A DNA stretch of 64,000 bases from NCBI GenBank assembly GCA_947074105.1, contig CAMTON010000005.1, positions 1,517 through 65,516 of the forward strand, read 5' to 3'. A model generated the notes under the pieces. That model saw only the letters and a list, made by a program, of their open reading frames with translations, made no database searches and was not told the origin of the DNA. The translations under genes and the position numbers were made by a program. This DNA comes from an uncultured Bacteroidales bacterium (lineage in GTDB: Bacteria; Bacteroidota; Bacteroidia; Bacteroidales; JAUNSR01). Numbering within the stretch: the first letter of the stretch is position 1; each line of letters starts with the position of its first letter. Below, one piece after another: positions 48,544-58,681 of this stretch.

Positions 48544-50817
48544 TTACTCCTTACGTATCTCTATCGACGGATTACGTCGTGACACATATATCAGTTTTCC
48601 CAGTACAGACAAAACTACAAAAGTCACCACGGATATGAATATCAGAATATAGATCCACAACGGCATTGAAGCCTGAAGAACATAACCGCGAAGCCAGTAA
48701 TGTACAACTATAGTCCCCGCGGTGAAAGCGAATACTGAAGACACCACAACCATAATCATATATTCCTTTAGCATCATAATTACGATTTCGGCCACTCCTG
48801 CTCCGTTTACTTTTCTTATAGCTATCTCTTTTCTTCTTTTCTCGCATGAGAATGAGACCATCGAATAGATTCCGAACAGAGATATTAGAATACATATACC
48901 GGAGATGAGAGATAAAAGAGTGGAGAGTATGCGTTCTTTTACAATGAGTTTATCAAATTCTTCTTCGACATTATTTATATCACCTTTGTTCTGCATCAGA
49001 CTCCTCAGTTTTTGTTTAAGAGCGGTGTCCCATGCGCCTTCGTGAAATTCAAGAAGCATAGAACGATGAGAGTTTTCTTTAATAAAGTCATTATCGTTAT
49101 TAAACAAAAGAGGATTCATACTTTTCGACGGATCGCCGAAATGCATATCGTTTGTTACTCCTATTATTCGATAATCATCTATTATATGACCTATAGGATT
49201 CTCGATCTCGAATGTCGTCAGAAAAGCAGGGTTAACGACAATATCCTTAGAATCATTAGATTCATCAAACAAAACACCCTCTGCGAGGCTAATAGAGTAA
49301 AAATCAAAATAATCGCGGTCTGCAAAACATTTTTGTATAGTTATTTCTTTTCCGGTTTTATCAGTAATATTTCCCGAGACTCTGATAAAAGATGGAAATA
49401 GAGGAAGATAACCGTAAAGGTGATTCTTTACCGACGGGAGTTCTTTAATTTGTTTTACACACTCCTCGACCTCTGATATACTTAACGAATAATCGAATAG
49501 CAGAGTCGCCGTATTATGCCTTTTTATTCCGAAATCATTTCCTGAGAGATATGATATCTGTCTTATCATCATAGAAGTGATAAAGATAAAGGAGATACAT
49601 ATTACGAACTGAGCAGATAGAATCAACTTTGCTGACCTGTCGGAGTTTGTATTTTTGGGTTTTGAAGAGCGGGTAATCCCGTAAATAAAAAGAAAAAGGA
49701 TTGAAAGCGATAGTATCACGAGGATAGTGAGTAGTATCGTCTTTATCATATATACGGGATTGGGGGGTAATCCGATAGCTGAATAGATATATTGTGACGA
49801 TATCTCAATGATTATCATTGAGAATATGAACGACGGGATAAGGTATGACGATAACTCGAATAGTATCAATATATAGATATTGGGAGCTGATGAGCCGCAA
49901 CAACGACGCAATTCGATTTCGCTTTTTCTTGTTTTGATATTACTAAGATACAAAAGGAAGAAGTTGAGAAATGAACAGATAAGCAGAATAATGGCGGATG
50001 TCGCGAATATTACAAGATAACTGTATGAGAGATTATTTTTTCTTACGAGATGTGTCTGACGCTGCACATCGCTTATATTATATGTCTTTAAGTAGTAGGT
50101 ATATGTGTATCCACCTTCTTCGATAGTTGTATAACCGGCAATTTTCTCATTGAATGAGTTTAATGATTCCTTATTGTAGAGCTTTACGAAATTACGGCTA
50201 TAACTTAGTGCATATTCTAATTTGACATCATTATAGGCTATTACGTCATAAGGAAGGATTGTATGTTTGCTTTGAGACTCCACGACGGCTGTCACTGTGT
50301 ATATTCTATCCCATAGTTTAAACTTACGACCAATAGGATCACTATTACCAAAAATTGAACCGGCAAGCGTTTTTGAAATTGCGACAGGGTTCCTGGTAGT
50401 GGTATTGAACTCATAATCGCCGTGTAAAACTTTTATATCGAAAACATCTTTGAATTGCGGAGTTGATGAGACCACATTCAATGAGACAAGAATCTCTTGA
50501 TCATTATCGTCGAAATAATATAATCCTTCATCATCAAAATGCGATTCCGCTGTACATGCGGCCTCAACTTCAGGGCATGTTTGGGCAAGATTTACGGCAA
50601 GCATTGATGGCGAAGTGGTGACCTCCGGAGATGCGCATACCAGGAAAATGCGATCTTTATTTTCGCGAAAACTATCGTACGAGTTTTCGTACCAGATCAT
50701 GTAAGATGAAATGGCGAAAAAGACAAAACCGATTGTTAATGCAGCAATGCTTATAAGGCTTCGAAGCTTATGTTTGAGAAGATTGCGGTAAGCGATTGTG
50801 ATATAGTGACGAAGCAT
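48544..50817 (-). CDS. MacB/FtsX-like ABC transporter permease (duplicated FtsX fold), with no adjacent ATPase
   Basis: MLRHYITIAYRNLLKHKLRSLISIAALTIGF is a typical N-terminus. There are two TM bundles separated by large extracytoplasmic domains; 757 aa. Confidence 0.85.
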   Translation of the reverse strand: MLRHYITIAYRNLLKHKLRSLISIAALTIGFVFFAISSYMIWYENSYDSFRENKDRIFLVCASPEVTTSPSMLAVNLAQTCPEVEAACTAESHFDDEGLYYFDDNDQEILVSLNVVSSTPQFKDVFDIKVLHGDYEFNTTTRNPVAISKTLAGSIFGNSDPIGRKFKLWDRIYTVTAVVESQSKHTILPYDVIAYNDVKLEYALSYSRNFVKLYNKESLNSFNEKIAGYTTIEEGGYTYTYYLKTYNISDVQRQTHLVRKNNLSYSYLVIFATSAIILLICSFLNFFLLYLSNIKTRKSEIELRRCCGSSAPNIYILILFELSSYLIPSFIFSMIIIEISSQYIYSAIGLPPNPVYMIKTILLTILVILSLSILFLFIYGITRSSKPKNTNSDRSAKLILSAQFVICISFIFITSMMIRQISYLSGNDFGIKRHNTATLLFDYSLSISEVEECVKQIKELPSVKNHLYGYLPLFPSFIRVSGNITDKTGKEITIQKCFADRDYFDFYSISLAEGVLFDESNDSKDIVVNPAFLTTFEIENPIGHIIDDYRIIGVTNDMHFGDPSKSMNPLLFNNDNDFIKENSHRSMLLEFHEGAWDTALKQKLRSLMQNKGDINNVEEEFDKLIVKERILSTLLSLISGICILISLFGIYSMVSFSCEKRRKEIAIRKVNGAGVAEIVIMMLKEYMIMVVVSSVFAFTAGTIVVHYWLRGYVLQASMPLWIYILIFISVVTFVVLSVLGKLIYVSRRNPSIEIRKE

Positions 50818-50830
50818 AAGTTATATTTTT

Positions 50831-50865
50831 ATATTATATGATTAACAGGTTATATCATATAATAT
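50831..50865. promoter_or_regulatory. 12-bp perfect inverted repeat ATATTATATGAT-N11-ATCATATAATAT, 14 nt upstream of the permease start
   Basis: Read directly from the sequence. It lies in the leader/promoter of 48544..50817. Confidence 0.45.
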
Positions 50866-51000
50866 GACAAAAAAGATGCCACAAAGATAAGAAACTGTTT
50901 TATAGCCGATTACACCGGAAAAGAAATTATTTTATTGTGCGCTTTCACACAGGACGAGTGCATATCCGCACATTTATGGAAAAAGATGCTTTAAAGACAT

Positions 51001-51040
51001 AAAAAAAGCTGTCCCTTAAGAAAAGGACAGCTTTATTTTT
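51001..51040 (-). terminator. Terminator after the TPR lipoprotein gene
   Basis: AGCTGTCC / GGACAGCT stem flanked by A7 and a T-run. Confidence 0.75.
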
Positions 51041-51068
51041 ATATTGCTTTGAAACTTTCAGTCAAATA

Positions 51069-52751
51069 TTATTTGATGTAGTTATCAACAGAGTATTTAG
51101 CAAACTCCATATCTGTAAGAGCTTCTTTAGCTTTAGCAGCGTCAAGTTTAACTGACTCTTTAAGGTTTGCAGATACCATGCTTTCGTTGTTTGTACGAGC
51201 ACCTACAACTGCCATAAGGTAGTAAGTAGTAGCATCTTTAGCTTCAACACCATTAAGAGTGTTTTTAGCAGCATTGTAGTCACCTGCACAGATCTGAGCA
51301 ACAGCAGCGTTGTTAGATTTTACAGAACCGAATGCAGCAACAGCTTTCTGGTAGTCACCTTTAGCAGTGTAAAGAGTTCCAAGAGCACCAGGAAGTTCTG
51401 ATACACCTGCAGCAGAACCGAATGCAGCTTCAGCTTTCTGAACATCACCTTTGTGAAGAGCGATAAGACCAAGGTTCATTTTCACGTCAGCAGCAGAAGA
51501 GTTAAGACCTGCAGCTCTGTTGAACAATTTTTCAGCTTCATCAAAGTTTCCGTTTTCGAAGTTGATACGGCCGATATTGTTGTATGCACGGTAATCGTTA
51601 GGATAGATCTGAGTTGCTTTGTTATAGATAGCAAGTTTTTCAGATTCTTTGTTTGTAAGAGTCGCAGCGTAAAGAAGTTCTTCAACGCTTAGAGATTTAG
51701 CGTCAGAAGAAGCAAGAGCTGAGATTTCTTCGTCTGATTTACCGATAGTTTCGATAGATGCAGTCACTTTAGAGTAACGAAGCTGAGGAAGGATCTCTTC
51801 AGCAAGCTGAGTAAATGCAGAAGATAGTTTTTTAAGTTCTGATTCACGTTCAGCAGGATCGTTGTACATAGAAAGCACACGAAGGATAAGCTGTTTGTCC
51901 TGGATGTTTGATGCGTTAACAAGTTCTTTGAAACCATCCCAGTCTTCAGCTGTAAATTCAGCGCTGATTTCGCTCTGGATTTTATCTTTTTTCAATGATC
52001 TCTTCATGTGATCTACAGTGTTTTTCTCACGAGAAGAAGCGATACGCTCATTAAGATCGTAAGCTCCGTCAGGAGATGCTGTAGAAGCGATATTGATATC
52101 TGCGATACGTTTGTTTTCAACAGATTTAGTTTCGTTGATTGCAGCTTTTACCGCAGCCATATCTGAAGAGTTAAGTTCAGCGTTACGAAGGTTAGACTGC
52201 TGGATAAGGAAAAGGATTTTCGCTACGTAGTTATCAGTGATGATACGCTGGAATTTGTCATTACCAAGAGCCGGTTCAACACCTGATGCGTTAGCGATCT
52301 CAGATGTAGAAACAACACCGTCTGCCACTTTCACACGTGGAAGATTGTAAGTTTTGTTACCTCTCTGAACAGCAAAATCCAAATAAAGCTCAGACTGACG
52401 CATTTCAGGAGCATATTTGAATGATGTTTTCATCGCGATGTTTCCACCCATTTTATAAGAAACAGCCTGATCGTTTCCTGTTACTTTTTCACCCTGATAT
52501 ACGAATGGAGTACCTTTTGTCTCACCATCGCTGTAAACCAATACAGGAGTTACAGTAACTACAGATTTTTTCTCGAAATATTTCACAGGGAAATTTCCGC
52601 TGATAGTTGCAGGCACTTGTCCACCTTCAGCTGTTAACTGAGCAGGAGCTACATTAAAATTATCTGAGCTTAAACCTCCCATTTTCTTGCTACATGAAGA
52701 GCAGGCAAGAACAGCCGCCACAAACAATGGCATGTAAACTTTTTTATTCAT
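51069..52751 (-). CDS. Lipoprotein with C-terminal TPR repeats
   Basis: Lipobox AVLACSSC. The C-terminal ~200 aa carry repeated A/Y/N-rich TPR-like helices (YRAYNNIGRINFENGNFDEAEKLFNRA...). Confidence 0.7.
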   Translation of the reverse strand: MNKKVYMPLFVAAVLACSSCSKKMGGLSSDNFNVAPAQLTAEGGQVPATISGNFPVKYFEKKSVVTVTPVLVYSDGETKGTPFVYQGEKVTGNDQAVSYKMGGNIAMKTSFKYAPEMRQSELYLDFAVQRGNKTYNLPRVKVADGVVSTSEIANASGVEPALGNDKFQRIITDNYVAKILFLIQQSNLRNAELNSSDMAAVKAAINETKSVENKRIADINIASTASPDGAYDLNERIASSREKNTVDHMKRSLKKDKIQSEISAEFTAEDWDGFKELVNASNIQDKQLILRVLSMYNDPAERESELKKLSSAFTQLAEEILPQLRYSKVTASIETIGKSDEEISALASSDAKSLSVEELLYAATLTNKESEKLAIYNKATQIYPNDYRAYNNIGRINFENGNFDEAEKLFNRAAGLNSSAADVKMNLGLIALHKGDVQKAEAAFGSAAGVSELPGALGTLYTAKGDYQKAVAAFGSVKSNNAAVAQICAGDYNAAKNTLNGVEAKDATTYYLMAVVGARTNNESMVSANLKESVKLDAAKAKEALTDMEFAKYSVDNYIK

Positions 52752-52790
52752 AATGAGTTTGTTAGTTGGTAATTATTTTTAATTTGGAGA

Positions 52791-52798
52791 CAAAAATA
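52791..52798 (-). promoter_or_regulatory. -7 box TATTTTTG (minus strand) upstream of the TPR lipoprotein gene
   Basis: CAAAAATA on the plus strand, 40 nt upstream of the ATG at 52751. Confidence 0.45.
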
Positions 52799-52980
52799 AT
52801 AATATATTTGAAATATGAGCCTGTTTTTGAACAAAATCGTAATTAACAAGTTTAAAGAATACACACTTTTTTGTTAAAAAACATTTATTATCACATGAAA
52901 ACAATTAATTATTATCATATAAAACCCTAATTCTGAAAAGAAATTTAAGAATAACTACTGAAAAATGAATGACTTCAATA

Positions 52981-53022
52981 AAAAAAGGAAATATCCGATG
53001 ATAACACCGGTATATTTCCTTT
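52981..53022 (-). terminator. Putative terminator after gpmI
   Basis: GGAAATATCCG / CGGTATATTTCC stem with one bulge. An A-run precedes it on the plus strand. Confidence 0.5.
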
Positions 53023-53084
53023 AATAATTTTATAAAATGTCCTTAGATTAATGTATTAACTACATATAATACAGCGGACAATGA

Positions 53085-54608
53085 TTAACCGATAAGGTTT
53101 TTACCGTTCATTTCCGCAGGAACCGCAACACCCATAATATTAAGGATTGTCGGAGCGATATCCGCTAGTGATCCGTTGCCGATCTTAGCATCTTTATCGT
53201 CTGAAACGAATACAAGCGGCACAGGATTAAGTGAATGAGCTGTATTAGGAGTTCCGTTTTCGTTTACGGCGTTGTCCGCGTTACCGTGGTCTGCTGTGAT
53301 AAGAACGTCATAACCTGCTTCTTTAGCTGCTTCAACTACATCATGAAGACATACGTCGATAGTCTGTACGGCTTTAACGATAGCTTCATAGATACCTGTA
53401 TGACCTACCATGTCACCGTTAGCGAAGTTACATGCGATGAAATCAAATTTATTTGTTTTGATAGCCTCAACAAGTTTGTCTTTAACGATAAGGGCGCTCA
53501 TTTCAGGCTGAAGGTCATAAGTCGCAACTTTCGGAGAAGGAACAAGGATACGCTCCTCACCTGCATATTCAGACTCACGGCCACCGTTGAAGAAGAAAGT
53601 AACGTGTGCATATTTTTCAGTTTCAGCGATACGAAGCTGAGACATACCCGCGTCAGAAATCACCTCACCAAGTGTGTTAACCACATTTTCCTTGTCGAAA
53701 AGGATATGAAGACCTACGAAGCTTGAGTCGTAAGGAGTCATTGTGCAGAAGTACAATGGAAGCGTATGCATTCCGTCTTCCGGCATATCTTTCTGAGTAA
53801 GAACGACAGTAAGTTCTTTAGCGCGGTCGTTACGGTAGTTGAAGAAGATCACAAGATCGCCTTCTTTGATAGTACCGATAGCTTTTCCTTCAGCATCAAC
53901 CTGAGCGATAGGTTTAACGAATTCGTCTGTTACGCCTTCAGCATACGACTCTTCCATAGCCTTAACCATATCTGTAGATTTCTTACCTTCACCTTTTACA
54001 AGAAGATCGTAAGCAACTTTAACGCGCTCCCAGCGTTTGTCACGATCCATAGCGTAGAAACGGCCTACAATAGAAGCGATCTTACCTGTTGAAGCAGCCA
54101 TGTGCTCTTCAAGAGATTTGATAAAGCCAAGTCCGCTCTTAGGGTCAGTGTCACGACCATCCATGAAAGCATGAACGAAAGTATTTTCGATTCCGAAATC
54201 TTTAGAGATATCAAGAAGTTTGAAAAGGTGCTCAAGAGAAGAGTGAACTCCGCCGTTTGATACAAGACCCATAAAATGAACCTGCTTGCCGTTAGCCTTA
54301 GCATATTCGAAAGCAGCCTTTACTTCAGGGTTTTCCATAATAGTGTTTTCGCGGCATGCCATGTTGATCTTAACAAGATCCTGGTATACCACACGGCCTG
54401 CACCGATATTAAGGTGACCAACCTCAGAGTTACCCATCTGTCCTTCAGGAAGACCTACGTTCTCACCCTCTGTTCTAAGCTCAGAGTGAGGATAGTTTGC
54501 AACAAGTGAATCCCAGTAAGGAGTTGCTGTAGATGAGATAACATCAGATTTTGATTTGTTGCCGATTCCCCAACCATCAAGAATAAGCAATAACGCTTTT
54601 TTACCCAT
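53085..54608 (-). CDS. gpmI: 2,3-bisphosphoglycerate-independent phosphoglycerate mutase
   Basis: [14 protein letters not shown]...[14 protein letters not shown]...ADHGNA. The ATG at 54608 is used because a -7 box lies inside the ORF-track extension. Confidence 0.96.
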   Translation of the reverse strand: MGKKALLLILDGWGIGNKSKSDVISSTATPYWDSLVANYPHSELRTEGENVGLPEGQMGNSEVGHLNIGAGRVVYQDLVKINMACRENTIMENPEVKAAFEYAKANGKQVHFMGLVSNGGVHSSLEHLFKLLDISKDFGIENTFVHAFMDGRDTDPKSGLGFIKSLEEHMAASTGKIASIVGRFYAMDRDKRWERVKVAYDLLVKGEGKKSTDMVKAMEESYAEGVTDEFVKPIAQVDAEGKAIGTIKEGDLVIFFNYRNDRAKELTVVLTQKDMPEDGMHTLPLYFCTMTPYDSSFVGLHILFDKENVVNTLGEVISDAGMSQLRIAETEKYAHVTFFFNGGRESEYAGEERILVPSPKVATYDLQPEMSALIVKDKLVEAIKTNKFDFIACNFANGDMVGHTGIYEAIVKAVQTIDVCLHDVVEAAKEAGYDVLITADHGNADNAVNENGTPNTAHSLNPVPLVFVSDDKDAKIGNGSLADIAPTILNIMGVAVPAEMNGKNLIG

Positions 54609-54647
54609 TGTTTTTATATTAAATTGTTTATAATCAATTTTTCGACG

Positions 54648-54655
54648 CAAAATTA
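54648..54655 (-). promoter_or_regulatory. -7 box TAATTTTG (minus strand) upstream of gpmI
   Basis: CAAAATTA on the plus strand, 40 nt upstream of the ATG at 54608. Confidence 0.45.
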
Positions 54656-54912
54656 ATAAAAAACTCCGGTTCATCTATCACTTAATTTCCTTATTTGAAA
54701 GCCGGACTTTTGACAGACATATTCCTTATTTATATATATGAGTGCAAATCGGAAAAACAGCGATATGCTTTCTGCATTTTTAATGATCTGTTATCACATC
54801 TTCAGATTTATGAATTCTTTATTAAAGTTGAAAGTCAATTAAACATAATTTGTTTGAGAATGTTCAAATAACAAACAACCTACTCTACCGGTTACATTAA
54901 ATCCTGAAGGCT

Positions 54913-56175
54913 ATGAAAAATATTACAACAAGATTCTTATTTGTTATTTGCATTTATATTTTTTCTGCAACTTTCTGTTTTGCGGCTTTCAACCTTGAAT
55001 ATAAGGGAATGAACTTTGAATATGAAGGCGGCAATTCAAATACTCTTACCCTTATATCTTCTTATGTCAAAGAGAAGATTATTGAAATTCCTTCGGAAAT
55101 AGTGATTGAAGATAATCTGTTCACCGTAACAACTATAGCTTCAGGAGCTCTGACAGGTTCAGGTTCGATAGTTGAAAAAATTATAGTTCCCCAAACTGTT
55201 ACTCATATTCAGGAAAGCGCTTTTTACGAATGTAAAGTAATGACAGAAGTGATTCTTCCTTCCGGACTTGAAAGCATAGGCGATTTCGCTTTTGCCAATT
55301 GCCGTTCGCTTCATAAACTTACTATTCCTAAAGGGATAAAGAAGATAGGAGAAAATATATTTATAGGTTGTGAACGAGTCACCGTTACTCTTGAAGACGG
55401 AATGGAAACATTGTGTGACAGTGCATTCTATAAAAGTGAAGCGGTTAAGCGTGTCAATCTTCCTTCATCGCTTATCTCAATAGGCAATTATGCTTTTTCA
55501 TTCAACTATAATCTTGCCGGAGTGAAATTTCCTGAAAATCTTAAAAGGATCGGAAAAGGATCTTTCAAATACTGTCCGGAATTTGAACATATATCATTTC
55601 CTACCTCTCTTGAAGAGATCGCAGATTCAGCGTTTTTCTTCTGTATAAATCTGAAAAAGGTAGATTTCAACAAAAATCTGAAAACGATAGGCAGTAACGC
55701 CTTTGCTTACGCCAAAATCTCGGAATTGAAATTCCCGGAAGATATAAAAAGCATTGGAATATCGGCTTTCAATCATTGCCGTTCGCTTAAGAATATTACG
55801 TTCAGCAACGGTCCCGAACATATAGAGGCTCAGGCATTTTCTCATTGTCACGGTCTGAAAAATATAGAATTGCCGGCCGGGCTTAAATCGATTGCCTGCG
55901 ACGCATTTCAGAATATAAAGATAATCGACCTTATAATTCCTGCAGGAGTAATCAATATAAATCACGACCTGCTTCATAACGTAAACCGTATATGTTGCAA
56001 ATCAAATATTCCTCCCGTCATAAGCTCGGATAAGCCCTTCAGTATTGAACGTAAGAATGTATTTATCCCTCAGGGAAGCAAGACAGAATATGAAAAATCG
56101 GACTTTTGGGGTAAGGTAGCCGATTTTGAAGAGTTTAATTCTTCGGAAGAGTTTTCGTTCGGAGAAACTAACTAA
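54913..56175 (+). CDS. BspA-like leucine-rich-repeat surface protein (second copy of the family in this window)
   Basis: Signal peptide plus repeated IPxGxxxIGxxAFxxCxxLxxIxxP units. The C-terminal block (CCKSNIPPVISSDKPF...FIPQGSKTEYEKSDFW) parallels that of 10552..11832. Confidence 0.8.
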   Translation: MKNITTRFLFVICIYIFSATFCFAAFNLEYKGMNFEYEGGNSNTLTLISSYVKEKIIEIPSEIVIEDNLFTVTTIASGALTGSGSIVEKIIVPQTVTHIQESAFYECKVMTEVILPSGLESIGDFAFANCRSLHKLTIPKGIKKIGENIFIGCERVTVTLEDGMETLCDSAFYKSEAVKRVNLPSSLISIGNYAFSFNYNLAGVKFPENLKRIGKGSFKYCPEFEHISFPTSLEEIADSAFFFCINLKKVDFNKNLKTIGSNAFAYAKISELKFPEDIKSIGISAFNHCRSLKNITFSNGPEHIEAQAFSHCHGLKNIELPAGLKSIACDAFQNIKIIDLIIPAGVININHDLLHNVNRICCKSNIPPVISSDKPFSIERKNVFIPQGSKTEYEKSDFWGKVADFEEFNSSEEFSFGETN

Positions 56176-56206
56176 AATCATTTTCCCGTTATTTTTTTGA
56201 AAAAGT

Positions 56207-56284
56207 CGCACGGTGACAATATTGCAACCGGGCGGTTGCGATATTAACATCGTACGGTGATAATATGACAACCGTTCGGTTGTC
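56207..56284 (+). repeat. Two tandem ~33-nt direct repeats (44-nt period), each ending in a GC-rich hairpin
   Basis: R1 is CGCACGGTGACAATATTGCAACCGGGCGGTTGC and R2 is CGTACGGTGATAATATGACAACCGTTCGGTTGTC, with 26/33 identical. The hairpins are GCAACC-GGGC-GGTTGC and GACAACC-GTTC-GGTTGTC. Confidence 0.7.
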
Positions 56285-56416
56285 TTATTTACCGTCAGGG
56301 AAATCTGTCAGACCGATATACGGCATGCTTTTCAGACAAAAGATATCCGTATACCGGTATTATTGTGCAATAATTCATTAAAAGGGCATCTTTTATCACT
56401 AAATGAATATTGTTTA

Positions 56417-56424
56417 TATATTTG
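56417..56424 (+). promoter_or_regulatory. -7 box TATATTTG upstream of the 7TM-HD gene
   Basis: TAnnTTTG match, 45 nt upstream of the ATG at 56469. Confidence 0.45.
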
Positions 56425-56468
56425 TTTAAATTAATTTTAGATTTCAAGAAAATTTTCAAAGCATTATA

Positions 56469-58553
56469 ATGGCTGACAACGAAATTAAGAATAAAAAAAA
56501 CTTCAGAAAAGTCATCTCCAAAGGATTGATCTTCATTGCCGCTCTGGCAGTGATGGTATATTTCCTGCCGCGTGAAGGAAAGTTCAGATACCATTTCAAT
56601 GAGGGCAAACCATGGAAATACGGTCTTCTGACAGCTCCTTTCGACTTTCCGGTTTATAAGAATGAGCACGATCTTGACAAGGAACGCGACAGCGTGATGC
56701 TTAAGTTCCAGCCTTATTTCATTTTTAACAAGCAGACAGGACCTCAGCAGATTGCCGCGTTAAAAATGGATTATACAAAGACTCTGTATAAAAAACTCAA
56801 TCGTAAAGGGCTTAACTATCTTGAAGAAAACCTCCGCAAAAGCTACAATGAGGGAATTATGACATCAGACGATTATAAGGATCTTATGAGCGAGGGATTC
56901 GGAAATATCAGGATCATGGAAGATAATGTATCAAAAACCAAACCCGTTTCTTCGGTCAGGACCATACGTCAGGTATATGAGCATATCATAGATAATGCTC
57001 CGACAGAGGAGATGAAAAAGGAGCTGAGAAGCAGTGGTATAAATACTTACATTGAACAGAATCTGACTGCCGATACTCTTACTTCTTCCAAGATACGTAA
57101 CGAACTTCTTCAGACCGTATCTCTTTCTTCCGGAATGGTACAGCTTGGCGAAAGAATAGTAGACCGCGGCGAAATCATCACTCCGCAGACCTACAACATT
57201 CTCCGCTCACTTGAAATAGTCAACTCCAAGCGTGCAGCAACGGTAAGGCAGCAGTCATCTACGATTATCGGTCAGATTCTGTTTATCGGCATGATGCTTG
57301 CATCTGTATATCTTTTCCTTTATTTCTTCCGTCCGGAAATGTACAACAGGCTTGGAGATATAGAAGTGATAATATTAATGATAACTCTTATTGTTGCTCT
57401 TACCTCCTTTCTAAGCAGTTTCCGTGTGCTGAGTATCTATATGGCACCGGTAGTGATGGTTCCGATAGTGATACGTACCGTTCTCGATTCAAGGGTAGCC
57501 TTTTTTGCGTTTATCGTAACAATAATGATATGTTCATTTATGGCGCCTTTCGCTTTCGAATATTTCCTTATACAGATAAATGCCGGAATAGCGGCGATAT
57601 TTACCCTCAAAGAATTATCCCAGCGCTCTCAAATGCTTAAGACGGCTGCAGTAGTGATGGTGATATACTCCTTCTCTTACGTATGTTATACTTTGATAAT
57701 AGAAGGAAGCTGGAGTAAGATAAACACATCGATGTTTGTATATATGGGCATAAGTTCTTTGCTTCTGCTTACTGCATATCTTTTGATTTTCGTACTTGAG
57801 AAGGTATTCGGGTTTGTTTCTTCTGTTACTCTGATCGAACTTTCCAATATTAATTCCCCTTTGCTACGCCGTCTTTCTGAAGAGGCACCGGGAACATTCC
57901 AGCACTCCATGCAGGTATCGAATTTATGTGCTCAGGCAGCAAGAAAGATAAATGCCAATGTCCAGCTTGTAAGGACTGCGGCTCTTTATCATGATATAGG
58001 AAAGATCACAAATCCGACTTTCTTTACGGAAAACCAAATCGACATGAATCCTCACGACAAACTGACTTATGAAGAGAGTGTGGATATTATAAAACAGCAT
58101 GTGACCGACGGTTATGCTCTTGGCAAGAAAGAGAAACTTCCTCAGGATATAATAGATTTCATAACCACTCATCATGGCTGCGGAAAGCTGAAATATTTCT
58201 ATAATAAATGGAAAAATGAACATCCGGGCGAAGAAGCAGATGATGAGTTTTTCTCTTATCCCGGCCCTAATCCTACGACACGTGAACAGGCTATACTTAT
58301 GATGGCCGATTCTATGGAAGCAGCCTCACGTTCTCTGAAAGAATATTCTGATGAATCGATAAGAAGCCTTGTCAACAATATAATAGATGCTCAGGTTAAT
58401 GACGGGATGTTTAAACATACCCCTCTTACATTCCGGGATCTGGAACTTATAAAAGAGGTTTTCGCTGAAAGACTGAAAACTATGTATCATGCAAGGATAT
58501 CTTATCCGGAACTTAAGGTCAGTCCTAATGGTAAAGGGAAACGGAGAAATTAA
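56469..58553 (+). CDS. 7TM-receptor-type HD/HDIG phosphohydrolase (PgpH-like, candidate cyclic-di-AMP phosphodiesterase)
   Basis: N-terminal extracytoplasmic domain, a block of about 7 TM helices and a C-terminal HD domain (FQHSMQV...ALYHDIGK...HHG). Confidence 0.88.
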   Translation: MADNEIKNKKNFRKVISKGLIFIAALAVMVYFLPREGKFRYHFNEGKPWKYGLLTAPFDFPVYKNEHDLDKERDSVMLKFQPYFIFNKQTGPQQIAALKMDYTKTLYKKLNRKGLNYLEENLRKSYNEGIMTSDDYKDLMSEGFGNIRIMEDNVSKTKPVSSVRTIRQVYEHIIDNAPTEEMKKELRSSGINTYIEQNLTADTLTSSKIRNELLQTVSLSSGMVQLGERIVDRGEIITPQTYNILRSLEIVNSKRAATVRQQSSTIIGQILFIGMMLASVYLFLYFFRPEMYNRLGDIEVIILMITLIVALTSFLSSFRVLSIYMAPVVMVPIVIRTVLDSRVAFFAFIVTIMICSFMAPFAFEYFLIQINAGIAAIFTLKELSQRSQMLKTAAVVMVIYSFSYVCYTLIIEGSWSKINTSMFVYMGISSLLLLTAYLLIFVLEKVFGFVSSVTLIELSNINSPLLRRLSEEAPGTFQHSMQVSNLCAQAARKINANVQLVRTAALYHDIGKITNPTFFTENQIDMNPHDKLTYEESVDIIKQHVTDGYALGKKEKLPQDIIDFITTHHGCGKLKYFYNKWKNEHPGEEADDEFFSYPGPNPTTREQAILMMADSMEAASRSLKEYSDESIRSLVNNIIDAQVNDGMFKHTPLTFRDLELIKEVFAERLKTMYHARISYPELKVSPNGKGKRRN

Positions 58554-58574
58554 TAGCTGAATATACTTTACAGA

Positions 58575-58607
58575 AAAGCGGAGATACCATAATGACATCT
58601 CCGCTTT
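58575..58607. terminator. Bidirectional terminator between the 7TM-HD gene and the GH127 gene
   Basis: AAAGCGGAGAT / ATCTCCGCTTT form a perfect 11-bp stem. Confidence 0.8.
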
Positions 58608-58681
58608 CTCTTTTTAAACATCTTCCTTAACCCTGTTTATATTCTTACTGACGGTTTATTATTACCGTAAAATAAGATATT

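Noticed and set aside
56200-56365. Idea that the repeat/hairpin island is a cyclic-di-AMP (ydaO-type) riboswitch controlling the PgpH-like gene
   Set aside because: The pseudo-twofold look and a CCGTCAG string are suggestive. However, the conserved GGGGA/ACCC-type elements I remember for that class are absent, and the island lies upstream of the best promoter for the 7TM-HD gene. It is left as a cmsearch test, not a call.
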